DNA of 64,000 bases from Chiloscyllium plagiosum (taxonomy: Eukaryota), in assembly GCF_004010195.1 (NCBI RefSeq), contig NC_057750.1, positions 6,242,438 to 6,306,437 on the forward strand, in the 5' to 3' direction. Below the pieces are notes generated by a model. It made no database searches. It was not told where the DNA came from and saw only the letters and a program-made list of their open reading frames with translations. Shown piece after piece: positions 46,448-58,698 of this stretch. The position numbers were made by a program, and so were the translations under genes. The stretch's first letter is position 1, and every line of letters starts with the position of its first letter.

Positions 46448-49400
46448 TCAACTCCCACTCTGTCCCTCCAGTCCCGTTTTACTGTGGAGAACTGCTGATT
46501 CAGATTGATACTGACTCTCATTCCTGGTTTCCTCATCAGCGAGATCAATCATGTGTGAGATGTCTTGGCCATTGGCATCTGCTTGAGGTCTAGAGTTGCA
46601 CTTAGAGAGAGGGCGAGAGTCAGAGAGAGCTATAGAAGGTAGAGGTGGCAAGGGCATGGGTAGGATGAGAGGGCAAGGTCTTTTCCCCAAGGTAGGGAAG
46701 TCCAAAACTAGAGGGCATAAGTTTAAGGTGAGGCGGGGGGAGAGTGGGGAAAGATTTAAGAGGGCCCTAAATGAAAACTTTCTCATGCAGAGGATGGTGT
46801 GTGTGTACAACAAGTTAGAAGTGGCGGAGGCTGGTACAGTTACAACATTTAAAAGACATCTGGATGGGTATATGAATAGGGAGGGTATAGAGGCTAGCGA
46901 GGAGACACCATGAGTATGCCCAGGCTTCAGAAGAGGTTTGCCTTCAGCATTCTGCGATGCAGTAAGAAGGAGGTATGGCTGGATCCCAACGAAACAAATG
47001 AGATTGATAAAGCTCTTAAAGATCAAGGGTCATGGAGATAAGGCAGGAACAGGATACTGATTGTGGATGATCAGCCATGATCATAATGAATGGTGGTGCT
47101 GGCTCGAAGGGCTGAATGGCCTACTCCTGCACCTATTGTCTATTGATTGACAACGCCAGTTCCTGTCAATGGATTTGAAAATCGGTTAAAGATGGTCTGA
47201 TCATCCGCAAGCCAGTCACTGTACACTCGATGCAGGAAGAATCGCCTTTGCACGGAGGAAGGGTTGGCAGTTGGGCAATGGTCAGTGAAAGGGTACCTGC
47301 TAAAACCCGCATGCCAGCGAAACTGGCCGAGATGAGGAGAATGAGAATTCTGAGGTGTCTGCTTCACAGATATGGGGAGTCTAAGAAGATTGATCGCCCC
47401 ATGTATCACAGTCTGTATCTGTAGGTGAATGGTCACGTGTTGAAGAATAAACACATCTTGACGCTGCACATTCACAAGCTGAAGGCAGACAAGACTTCAT
47501 TGGCTTTGCTGGTGAAGGGCTTTTACCCGAAACGTCGATTCTCCTGCTCCTCAGATGCTGCCTGACCTGCTGTGCTTTTCCAGCACCACACTAATCTTGA
47601 CTCTAACCACCAGCATCTGCAGGCCTCACTTCCACCCAGAGGTCATTGGCTGACCAGGCTGAAGCTCACAGAGCAAGAACCAAGCGAGCCTGAAAGCACT
47701 GTGAGGAACATCTGCAGGCCAGAAAGGAAGACATCATCAAGACCCTGTCTGAGGAAGAAGAGTCTAAAAAATAAACTCATTGTCTGGATGTAGGTTTGCT
47801 CACTGAGCTGGAAGGTTCATTTTCAGACGTTTCGTCACCATACTAGATAACATCGTCAGTGAGACTCCGGACAAATTCCTTCTCTTATACAGACTGGCAA
47901 AAAATTAAAGATTGCTCATCATACTTTAAAAAAAAGGGTTTAGAGGGAAATGGGTCAAGTGCTGGCAAATGGGACTAGATTATTGGAGGATATCTGGTCG
48001 ACATGGATGAGTTAGACCGAAGGGTCTGTTTCGTGCTGTACGCCTCTATAACTCTACGGATGAAGGGAGAGACACAGGGAGGAAGAAAATACAGGGGTGG
48101 GTAGAAGAGGGTCACAGAATAGGTGACACAGAGAGTATGTTATAAAGAGAGAAAGAGGGAATGAAAAAGAGAAAGAAAGAGAGTGAGAGAGAGAGAGAGA
48201 GAGTGAGAGAAAGAAAGGGGGTGACAAAACGGAAGAGTGTCAGAGAGAAAGAGGGTGAGAGAGTGATCAATGCACTACCAATAAATAAACCAGGGAATGG
48301 CTCTTGAGGTGCAGTGGTAGTGTCTCAGCCTCTCCCGAAGGGACAATGCTCTGAAAGCTCGTGATTTCATATAAACCTGTTGGACTGTAACCTGGTGTCA
48401 TGTGACTTATTGCTGTCACATGTCAGCTTAACATCCCATTGATAGGACAACATCTCTGACAGGGCAGCAACCCCTCAGTATCACATGGGGTGGACCAGGC
48501 TAGCCGAGATCTTTATGGGAGGGAGGAACTTGAAGTAATAACTTTCTGAAACTGAGCCAACGGTTTAGAGAGTTCAAGACTCACCCTAACCCCTGCTGCA
48601 AGCAAAAAAACCTCTTGGCTTTAATGCTGTCAGCATCTATTTGCAAAGTTTGGGATCATACTTTCTCTTTTAAAAGTGTGATCTGAGCCACCGGTTTAGA
48701 GAGTTCAAGACTCACCCTAACCCCTGCTGCAAGCAAAAAACCTCTTGGCTTTAATGCTGTCAGCATCTATTTGCAAAGTTTGGGATCATACTTTCTCTTT
48801 TAAAAGTGTGAATTAACAGTCTTCGACAGGAGGGAGAGATTTAACACTCTTCAACAGGAGGGAGAGAAAGGAGGGAAGGATTTAACAGTCTTTGACTGGA
48901 GGGAGAGAAAGTTTCAGTGAAATAAGACACACTGGGGAATGCTACTCTGGAGCTGAAATATGAGCTTTGCTTTATATAGAAGGTCAGTGAATGCCAATTG
49001 CTCCCATCCCTATTCCAGAGGCGCGGGGTGGAGGGGGGTCACAGGATTAAATTCTCATGATCAAGCTTATGGCGAGAAATGTCAATGTGTAGTGTGTTAG
49101 TGGCTCCATACTATTCCATGGTAGCAACATTGGGCAACACACTCCTGGCCCCCAAACACGCTGAAGAAATGTCCCAGGAGGTCGTTATGGTCAAAAAGTA
49201 TATTTTATTCACAAGTATTTGCAGAATTACATTTCAGACAGATTCAAGAAAGCAGCTCACCTCCATCCCGCGCCCTCCCCACCTTCTCAAGGGGGAATTA
49301 AGGGATGCACAATAATTGTTGGCTGATCGCACCAGAGAATTCAAGACGTTACGATTGGAATACCACAGAAATGATGTTACAAATTTATAAAATCATGAGG

Positions 49401-49943
49401 GGCACAGATAGGGTGAATAGGCAAGGTCTTTTCCCTGGGTTGGGGGAGTCCGAAACTAGGGGGCACAAGTTTAAGGTGAGATAAGGACAATCTAATAGGG
49501 ACCTAAGGGACAACCTTTTCATACAGAGGGTGGTGCTCGTGTGGAATGAGCTGCCAGAGGAAGTGGTGGAGGCTGGTACAATTACAGCATTTAAAAGGCA
49601 TCTGGATGGTGTATGAATAGGAAGGGTTTGGAGGGATATGGGCTAAGTGCTGGCAAATGGGACGAGATTGGGTTGGGATATCTGGTCGACATGGACGAGT
49701 TGGACCGAAGGGTCTGTTTCCACGCTGTACATCTCTATGACTCCATAAGCCAGCTCTTGGATACCTCAGTACAGTAATTGTTGAAAGTTCAATACCAGGC
49801 ATAAAGGAAAACATCTCAATGGCAGAAAGTAGAACAGGATGGACTTTTCTCTGTGCACCATCATGTCCCACCCGGAGGTCCCTCAATACAATCGCAGTCT
49901 CGATCAGAAGTTGAAATGATGTTAGATTCACCAACTGAATGAT
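46448..49943 (-). CDS. Putative 3' exons of an unidentified spliced gene (49943-49872, 47418-47297, 46589-46448)
   Basis: Three unique-sequence islands with AG/GT boundaries and compatible phases (0, 2) giving an open frame that ends at TGA 46450-46448. No recognisable homology. Confidence 0.3.
47772..47872 (-). mobile_element. PLE-like 3' fragment (family D) with hammerhead motif
   Basis: Minus strand tca-CTGACGA-t-gttatc...ggtgac-GAAA-cg-TC-tga at 47862-47823. Confidence 0.6.
48552..48811. repeat. Near-perfect tandem duplication, period 131 bp
   Basis: 48552-48681 is repeated at 48683-48811 with one substitution and one A-run length difference. Confidence 0.95.
49380..49745 (+). mobile_element. 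CR1/HER1-like LINE 3' fragment
   Basis: Family tail gggtctgtttccacgctgtacatctctatgactc. Confidence 0.88.
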
Positions 49944-50347
49944 CTTCAAAGTTCCGGAAGCAAGATTGTTTTCCTCTGACAACTTCACCGCTCCCCAAAC
50001 CTCACAGTCACCCAGTGCCTGTCAGCTCCCCTTCAATCTCCCACCGTCCTACAGCTCTGATTTTCTTTTAGATCATTGCTTCACAGAATGAAATTCACAG
50101 AATGTGGGCTTTCCTGGCCGGGCCAGCACTTATTGCCCCATCCCTAATTGCCTCACAGAGCCACTCAGAGTCAACCCCATTGCTGTGGGTCTGGAGCCAC
50201 GTGTAGGCCCAGACCAGGTAAGGATGGCAGTTTCCTTCACTAAAGGACATTTGGGAACCAGATGGGTTTTTCCAACAATGGAGTCCTGGTTGCCATTAGA
50301 CTCCAGCTTTTTACTGAATTAAAGTCTGTACCATTTACCATGGCAGG

Positions 50348-50885
50348 ATTCCTGAAGAAGGGCTCCAGCCCGAAACGTCGCCTCTCCTGCTACTCGGATG
50401 CTGCCTGACCTGCTGTGCTTTTCCAGCGCCACACTCTCGACTCTGATCTCCAGCATTTGCAGACCTCACTTTCTCCTGGAGCGTCAAAGTACCAACCCGG
50501 GGTTAACAGGGCTAGTGATATTATTTCTGCGTCAGCAACTCCCTTGGGGGATAATGAGGTTAGTCATTTTGTCCCAGGTAGCTGCTTAATTCGGTAAAAA
50601 GCTGGAGTGAAGTGTCTAATGACAACCAGGAATCCATTGTCGATCGTTGGAAAAACCCATCTGGCTTTTGTCATCGGTAGGTCTTGCCTTCTAGCTGGGC
50701 TGCGTGCCAAGGAGAAAGTGAGGACTGCAGATGCTGGAGATCAGAATCGAGAGTGTGGCGCTGGAAAAGCACAGCAGGTCAGGCAGCATCCGAGGAGCAG
50801 GATTCTGATGAAGGGCCCCTGCCCAAAACGTTGATTCTCCACCTCGGATGCTGCCTGACTTGCTGTGCTTTTCCAGCAACACACT
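50348..50885. mobile_element. Two PLE family B inserts (50348-50478, 50710-50885 fold-back) with hammerhead cores
   Basis: attcCTGAAGAagggctccagcccGAAAcgtc; ttCTGATGAagggcccctgcccaaaacgtt. Confidence 0.8.
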
Positions 50886-51124
50886 GCATGCCAAGGATCC
50901 TATGTGAGATACTGAGGGACAGCAAAGGTGGTCTTCCCCAACATCTTGGCCAATAACTATCCCTCCGCCAACATCACCAAAACATCCAACCTGAAATAAC
51001 TGCACATAGGCCGGTATCCCATCACCCTTCAATTACATGGACATGGGCTCTGACCAGCCAGCTCAGAGCCAGGCCCTGGAGCGAGGAGACTCTCTGACAC
51101 TCCTGCTTATATATTTATTTATTT

Positions 51125-51400
51125 ATAGAGTCATAGAGATGTACAGCACGGAAACAGACCCTTCGGTCCAACCCGTCCATGCTGACTAGATATCCCAACC
51201 CAATCTAGTCCCACCTGCCAACACCCAGCCCATATCCCTCCAAACCCTTCCTATTCATGTACCCATCCAGATGCCTTTTAAATGTTGTAATTGTACCAGC
51301 CTCCACCACTTCCTCATTCCATACACACTTCACTAACCTATCTACCTGCGACTCCACTTTCAAGGAGCTATGAATCTGCACTCCAAGGTCTCTTTGTTCA
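51125..51400 (-). mobile_element. CR1/HER1-like LINE 3' fragment
   Basis: Family tail. Confidence 0.85.
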
Positions 51401-51881
51401 TATTTTTTTATTGATTTATTTTTCTCTTTTTAAAAATCTTTTATTTTTTTTTAACAGTGAATGAATGAGTGTGAAAAACTTTATTCACGTTCCACCACCA
51501 GGAAGAAAGGAAACAGAGGGCAATGCTGTGTGAACACTCCTGATATATATCTGTCAGCCAGGGTTCCCTGATTGACCCCAGTTTAACAACCCCAATCAGG
51601 GAGCTCACGGTCAAGAGGATGCACCTGGTTCCGGGCACTGCACAATCATTGCCATTTGTGGGAGCTGCCCGTGAGCGAATTGGCTGCATTTCCTACAAGT
51701 AGGGAATGCAGTGGTGCATTTTGGGACGTCCGATGGCCAGGTGATAGGTGCAGACGTTTCTTTCCCCTTTATCCGGAACGCCGGAGCCTACGGATGTGGG
51801 AATTTTGCCTTCCCCCTCAATGTTTTTTTTTTCGCCTGGGGGTGGGGTTTGGGGGAGGAACTGTACAATGTAGATATGGTA

Positions 51882-52074
51882 CAACCCTCCCCTATCCCCG
51901 GATTCAGTATCTGCAGTTTCAGTGATCCACAGTTTACCGGGGCCCAAATATATGACATGGAACATTCCAGAAATAATTCCAGGGAGGTAGGTTTCCCATT
52001 TAAATGATAGATTTCGCTACTACCCGCGGTAGGTCTTGGAACGTATCACCCACGGATACTGGGGAGGAGACCTG
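51882..52074. mobile_element. Tigger/pogo-type MITE (MER8/Golem-like) with TA target-site duplication
   Basis: Flanked by TA (51880-51881, 52075-52076); imperfect TIRs ctcccctatccccgg / cacggatactggggag; internal ggaacattccagaaataa and gtcttggaacgtatc motifs. Confidence 0.6.
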
Positions 52075-52129
52075 TACTCACCACATGGACCAACACTTGG
52101 TCATCAGGAAATGTTCCTTCCCATGGCAA

Positions 52130-52890
52130 TTTGATTTTTATCCCTACAGTGTGGAAACAGGCCCTTTGGCCCAACAAGTCCACACTGACCCGCTGAGAGT
52201 AATCCACCCAGACCCATTCCTTCTACCCTATTATCCTATATTTACTCCAGACTAATGCACCTAACCTGAACATCCCTGGGCACTATGGGTAATTCAGCAC
52301 GGTCAATCCACCCTAACCTGCACATCCCTGGGCACTATGGGTAATTCAGCATGGCCAATCCACCCTAACCTGCACACCCCTGTACACTATGGGTAGTTTA
52401 GCATGGTCAATCCACCCTAACCTGCACATCCCTGGGCACTCTGGGGTAATTTAGCATGGTCAATCCACGCTAACCTGCACATCCCTGGGAACTATGGGAA
52501 ATTTAGCATGGTCAATCCACCCTAACCTGCACATCCCTGGGCACTATGGGTAATTCAGCATGGCCAATCCACCCTAACCTACACATCCCTGTACACTATG
52601 GGGCAATTTAGCATGGCCAATCCACCCTAACCTACACATCCCTGTACACTATGGGGTAATTTAGCACGGCCAATCCACCCTAACCTACACATCCCTGACC
52701 ACTATGGGGTAATTTCCCACGACCAATCCACCCTAACCTGTACACCTTTGGACTGTGGGAGGAAACTGGAGCACCCGTAGGAAACCCACGCAGACACGGA
52801 GAGAACGTGCAAACTCCACAGTCGCCCGAGGCTGGGATCGAACCTGGGTCCCTGGTGCCGTGAGGCAGCAGTGCTAACCACTGAGCCACA
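52130..52890 (-). mobile_element. HE1-like SINE with internal ~9-copy 53-54 bp tandem expansion (52260-52740)
   Basis: SINE tail at 52130, array of cctaacctgcacatccctgggcactatggg..., then V-domain and tRNA head to 52890. Confidence 0.92.
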
Positions 52891-53594
52891 CCCTGGGGTA
52901 GACCTAGGACATTGTCTTTTTTTTTTGGAAGTGCAGGTGGGTGAGGGGCATCGAGGTGGGTCAGGGTCTCCACAGTTAGTCCCTATTGAACAATGGTATG
53001 CTTGGCATCTGAGGGGCAGCTGTTGGCAGTTAAAGAATCGCGATGAAGGCCTGAAACTCAGCCAGAGAGAGGACAGCTGCGGAGACACATGAATCCCGGC
53101 CTTCATGGCTGCTCAGGTCCTACCCCTCCCCCCACCCCCCGTTAATCCTGAGGTCACGGTGTCACAAGCTCGTGAGTTCTTGTCAGGTCGTTGCAAGTTC
53201 CGTTTCTGACAGCTTCTTGCTTCCATGGCCAACCGGGGCCGGGGAGGGGAATCGCAGGGCTCATTCGAGTAACAGCTGCATTTACATAGCGCCCTTTGGC
53301 GTGATGAAACACGCCACAGTGCCTCAGGGAGGGCCACTGCCCAACACGACACGTCAGTGAGGCGCATAAAGCACAACACGATGAGAGACACACACGAGGC
53401 TGAAGGCAGAGGAGGTTAAGAGAGGTAGGAAGGCTTCGGGAGGGGACTCCCCAGAATGTCGGGGCCCAGGCAACTGGCCGTCGGGAATGGACTGACAAAA
53501 GTCCGGGGATCCATAAGGTTTTGGAATTGGAGGCACAAAGAGATCTCAGAGGGTATCGAGAGGGAGATGAGAATTGAATTGATCAATCAATCCA

Positions 53595-54115
53595 CATAGA
53601 GTCATAGAGACGTAGAGCACGGAAACAGACCCTTCAGTCCATCCCGTCCATGCCGACCAGATATCCCAACCCAATCTAGTCCCACATGCCAGCACCTGGC
53701 CCATATCCCTCCAAACCCTTTCTATTCATATACCCATCCAAATGTCTTTTAAATATTGTAATTGTACCAGCCTCCACCACTTCCTCTGGCAGCTCATTCC
53801 ATACACGCACCACCCTCTGTGTGAAAACGTTGCCCGTTAGGTCCCTTTTATATCTTTCCCCTCTAGTTCAGGACTCCCCGACCCCAGGGAAAAGACTTTG
53901 TCTATTTATCCTATCCATGCCCCTCATGATTTTATAAACCTCTATAAGGTCACCCCTCAGTCTCCGACGCTCCAGGGAAAACAGCCCCAGCCTGTTCAGC
54001 CTCTCCCTGTAGCTCAAACCCTCCAACCCTGGCAACATCCTTGTAAATCTTTTCTGAACCCTTTCAAGTTTCACAAGATCCTTCCGATAGGAGGGAGAGC
54101 GGAATTGCACGCAAA
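53595..54115 (-). mobile_element. CR1/HER1-like LINE 3' fragment
   Basis: ORF 53868..54110 and tail. Confidence 0.9.
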
Positions 54116-54971
54116 AGTGGCAATAAGTAAAAGAGAATTAATGTGAGTTCACATATGAATGGGAGACTTTCACAAAAGCTGAGGGTGGCAGATCAATAGC
54201 TTCCCAATCCCCACAGCCTTCCATTCCTCACAGAAGGGACTGGGTCTGCTCTGTGATTTTGGACCAGGTTTGCAAACAGTTATTCGACAGAACGTCCAGC
54301 GCTGTGCAAGCTGGGTAGGTTAGCCACAGAAATGCAGGGCTCTGGGTGAGACAGTCTTCAGAGGCTCAGTGTGGACTTGATGGGCCGAATGGCCTGCTTC
54401 TACGCTGTAACTGGTCTACACGATGCTTGCTTGAGCTGTTTTAGATGACACATTGTTGTGGGTCTGGAGTCAGGTGTAGGCCAGACTGGGTAAGGATGAC
54501 AGATTTCCTTCCCTAATCGGCATTAATGAGCCAGATGGATTCTTGCAACAATCTTTTTTCCAGACCTAGGTGTGTTGTAAGATCACAACTGAGCAACTTT
54601 CCCACCAGCAAATCCCCGTGACGTTTTAAAAAAAAACATTTTTATTAAAATATTAACTGCCACCAGTAATGACCTGTGTAGTCAAGTAGAGATTTACCCA
54701 TCTGGGTGATTTCCATCAAAAGGGAAGGTGGGGGGGGTGGGGTAGGCGGGTGTGTTTAGGGTGAGGGGGAAGGGGCTAAATCAAAATGGAGTTGGAGGGG
54801 GAAATAAAGCATTGTACCCTCTGTGGTGCCCACCTCTCTCGAAAACACCACCATGAATTCCACATCAAAAGCAAACGGCAAGAACAGCAGATGCTGGAAA
54901 CAAAATCAGACATTGCTGGAGAAACTCAGCAGGTCCGGCAGCACCTGTGGGGAGAGAGAGAAAATAGAGTT

Positions 54972-55467
54972 CCTGGGAGTGTTTGATGGGGACATTGTAG
55001 AGAGAGCTTTACTCTGTATCTAACCCCGTGCTGTCCCTGTCCTGGGAGTGTTTGATGGGGGGACAGTGTAGAGGGAGCTTTACTCTGTATCTAACCCCGT
55101 GCTGTCCCTGTCCTGGGGGTATTTGATGGGGAACAGCGTAGAGGGAGCTTTACTCTGTTTCGAACCCCGTGGTGTTCCTGTCCTGGGAGTGTTTGATGGG
55201 AACAGTGTAGGGGGAGCTTTACTCTGTATCTAACCCTGTGCTGTCCCTGACCCTGGGAGTGTTTGATGGGGACAGTGTAGAGAGAGCTGAAACTTTATTG
55301 CTGGAACAGCACAGCAGGTCAGGCAGCATCTAGGGAACAGAAGATTCGACGTTTCGGGCACATGCCCTTCTTCAGGAATGTAGAGAGAGACTTACTCTGT
55401 ATCGAACCCCGTGCTGTCCCTGTCCTGGGGGTATTTGATGGGGAACAGCGTAGAGGGAGCTTTACTC
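54972..55467 (+). repeat. 69-bp minisatellite array, interrupted by a PLE 3' fragment at ~55288-55379
   Basis: Unit gggagtgtttgatggggacagtgtagagggagctttactctgtatctaaccccgtgctgtccctgtcct. Confidence 0.92.
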
Positions 55468-55758
55468 AGCACCGTGTTCTCTGAATCTGAGGGACCTGGA
55501 ACATTAGCTCTGCTTTCCCTCTGCACAGATGCTGCCAGATCATTAATTCCTGATTTTTAAAAAAAATTGCATTCAATTTCCAACACGTGCCAGGACAGGT
55601 TTCGAACACAGATCCCCGAAAACATTAACAAAGACAGAAAATCGCTGGAAAAGCTCAGCAGGTGCAGCGTCTGTAGAGAGAAAGCAGGATGAATGTTTCG
55701 GGTTGAGTGACCCTTCCCCAAAACGTTATGTCACTCTCTAGACATCCAGTGACAATAG

Positions 55759-55859
55759 ACCCTGCCGCTATTCCTGATGAAGGGCTTTTGCCCGAAATGT
55801 CGATTTTCCTGCTCCTCGGATGCTGCCTGACCTGCTGTGCATTTCCAGCACCACTCTGA
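55759..55859 (+). mobile_element. PLE family B fragment with hammerhead core, flanked by 22-bp direct repeat
   Basis: tctagacatccagtgacaatag at 55737-55758 and 55860-55881; CTGATGAagggcttttgcccGAAAtgtc at 55774-55801. Confidence 0.8.
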
Positions 55860-56459
55860 TCTAGACATCCAGTGACAATAGCACTGGGATATCGCATGGC
55901 GAGAATCCCTGTGGAAACTCAGGCTTATGTTTTACACAGGATTAGAGCGACGTTGAACTGACGAGACCCAGTGTATTGCAAACACAGCAACAAGTGAAGT
56001 AAGCGCTTGAGCTGAGTGTAACCAGCTGAAACCCAGTAACCATTAGGCTTCAGATTAGGGGTTACACAGACACACAGTAGCAAGGCACAGCTGAGCTGAG
56101 CAATGGATGGGATATCATCTGGTTGTGGGACAGGTGGCACAGGGGTTATTGAATTGGCTGAAAGATCAGAGCTATTCTGAGCGCACACTGCAGCCAACTC
56201 TCCACTGTGTCTGCACACGGATGTTACGGTCACTTTGGCTAACCCCCGGTTGCATCTTCGAACATGTTTTTCTTAAAAGGACAGTGTCTCAGTGAGACAA
56301 AAGTGTTAGACAAGCTTTATCTTTTTTTCTTCTGGGACGGGGGAATCGCAGTTATGAAACTTGTGCCCCTTCACAGGGACGGTGTTAATCCCGGAGAATG
56401 TGGCACGGGGGAGGAAGTGGTCGCAGCCAAGCATCAAGGGCACGGGGTCGGATTCAGCG

Positions 56460-56947
56460 TACAGCTCCCTCTACTTATCTAAACCGAAAATAAAACTCCG
56501 TTAACTCTGTTAACGCTTAGAGGAGGGGTTAGATACAGAGGAAGGTTCCCTCGACTCATTTAAACCAAAAGTAAAATTCTCTGACCATTATCCCCTTCAA
56601 ACACTCCAAGGACAGGGACAGCATAGGGTTAGAGACACAGCAACGCTTCTTCTACACCCTCCCCATCAAACACTCCCAGGACAGGGACAACACAGAGTTA
56701 GATACAGAGTAAAGCTCCCTCTACACTGTCCCCATTAAACATTCCCAGGACAGGGACAGCACAGAGTTAGATACAGAGTAAAGCTTTCTCTACACTGTCC
56801 CCATCAAACACCCCCAGGACAGGGACAGCACGGGGTTAGATACAGAGGAAAGCTTTCTCTACACTGTCCCCATCAAACACTCTCAAGATAGGGACAGCAC
56901 GAGGTTAGATACAGAGGAAAGCTCTCTCTACACTACCCCCCTCAAAC
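56460..56947 (-). repeat. 69-bp minisatellite array, inverted orientation
   Basis: ccccatcaaacactcccaggacagggacagcacggggttagatacagag units. Confidence 0.9.
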
Positions 56948-57264
56948 ACAGATCTCTCTTTTCTCTCTCTGCTTTTCCTCCACAGATGTTGCCAGACCTG
57001 CTGAGTTTCTCCAACAATTTCTAGTTTTGTTATTTGTCAAAGCTGGATTTAGAACTGTCCCTGTTGGGTGTGAATTAGGTAAGCCACCAAGCCAAGGGTA
57101 ATGAACGCAGGAACACCTCCAACAGAAAGGCATTACATCAGGAGAGGGGCAGGTTGATGGTGGCGCGGCATGTGGGTGACCCCAGCCTGGGGCATTTGAC
57201 TGAGGTGCTCAGGACGGGCAATCCACTGTTGGCATTGCCCAGGATCCAGGCGCCAATGTGCAGT

Positions 57265-57266
<2 letters not shown>

Positions 57267-57296
<30 letters not shown>

Positions 57297-57326
57297 TACA
57301 GAGAGAGAGAGAGAGACAGAGAGACA

Positions 57327-57360
<34 letters not shown>
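57267..57360. repeat. (AG)n microsatellite abutting a gap
   Basis: gagagagaga... with ac/at interruptions. Confidence 0.95.
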
Positions 57361-58284
57361 NNNNNNNNNNNNNNNNNNNNNNNNNNNNNNNNNNNNNNNN
57401 NNNNNNNNNNNNNNNNNNNNNNNNNNNNNNNNNNNNNNNNNNNNNNNNNNNNNNNNNNNNNNNNNNNNNNNNNNNNNNNNNNNNNNNNNNNNNNNNNNNN
57501 NNNNNNNNNNNNNNNNNNNNNNNNNNNNNNNNNNNNNNNNNNNNNNNNNNNNNNNNNNNNNNNNNNNNNNNNNNNNNNNNNNNNNNNNNNNNNNNNNNNN
57601 NNNNNNNNNNNNNNNNNNNNNNNNNNNNNNNNNNNNNNNNNNNNNNNNNNNNNNNNNNNNNNNNNNNNNNNNNNNNNNNNNNNNNNNNNNNNNNNNNNNN
57701 NNNNNNNNNNNNNNNNNNNNNNNNNNNNNNNNNNNNNNNNNNNNNNNNNNNNNNNNNNNNNNNNNNNNNNNNNNNNNNNNNNNNNNNNNNNNNNNNNNNN
57801 NNNNNNNNNNNNNNNNNNNNNNNNNNNNNNNNNNNNNNNNNNNNNNNNNNNNNNNNNNNNNNNNNNNNNNNNNNNNNNNNNNNNNNNNNNNNNNNNNNNN
57901 NNNNNNNNNNNNNNNNNNNNNNNNNNNNNNNNNNNNNNNNNNNNNNNNNNNNNNNNNNNNNNNNNNNNNNNNNNNNNNNNNNNNNNNNNNNNNNNNNNNN
58001 NNNNNNNNNNNNNNNNNNNNNNNNNNNNNNNNNNNNNNNNNNNNNNNNNNNNNNNNNNNNNNNNNNNNNNNNNNNNNNNNNNNNNNNNNNNNNNNNNNNN
58101 NNNNNNNNNNNNNNNNNNNNNNNNNNNNNNNNNNNNNNNNNNNNNNNNNNNNNNNNNNNNNNNNNNNNNNNNNNNNNNNNNNNNNNNNNNNNNNNNNNNN
58201 NNNNNNNNNNNNNNNNNNNNNNNNNNNNNNNNNNNNNNNNNNNNNNNNNNNNNNNNNNNNNNNNNNNNNNNNNNNNNNNNNNNN
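57361..58284. other. Assembly gap (924 N)
   Basis: Run of N. Confidence 1.
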
Positions 58285-58698
58285 GTGTAGAGGGAGCTTT
58301 ATTCTGTATCTAACCCCGTGCTGTCCCTGTCCTGGGAGTGTTTGATGGGGACAGTGTAGAGAGAGCTTTACTCTGTATCTAACCCCGTGCTGTCCCTGCC
58401 CTGGGAGTGTTTGATGGGGACAGTATAGAGGGAGCTTTATTCTGTATCTAACCCCGTGCTGTCCCTGCCCTGGGAGTGTTTGATGGGGACAGTGTAGAGG
58501 GAGCTTTACTCTGTGTCTAACCCCGTGCTGTTCCTGTCCTGGGAGTGTTTGATGGGGACAGTGTAGAGGGGCTTTATTCTGTTTCTAACCCCGTGCTGTC
58601 CCTGCCCTGGGAGTGTTTGATGGGGACAGTGTAGAGAGAGCTTTACTCTGTATCTAACCCCGTGCTGTCCCTGCCCTGGGAGTGTTTGATGGGGACAG
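58285..58698 (+). repeat. 69-bp minisatellite array (6 copies, highly homogeneous)
   Basis: Period 69 (58285 to 58354, etc.). Confidence 0.95.

Noticed and set aside
56306..56470. Short minus-strand frame MLGCDHFLPRATFSGINTVPVKGHKFHNCDSPVPEEKKIKLV
   Set aside because: Begins in minisatellite-derived sequence; no acceptor site or homology.
57154..58313. Long ORFs crossing N runs (also 37828-38440 and 43109-43869)
   Set aside because: Artefacts of gaps and the (AG)n microsatellite.
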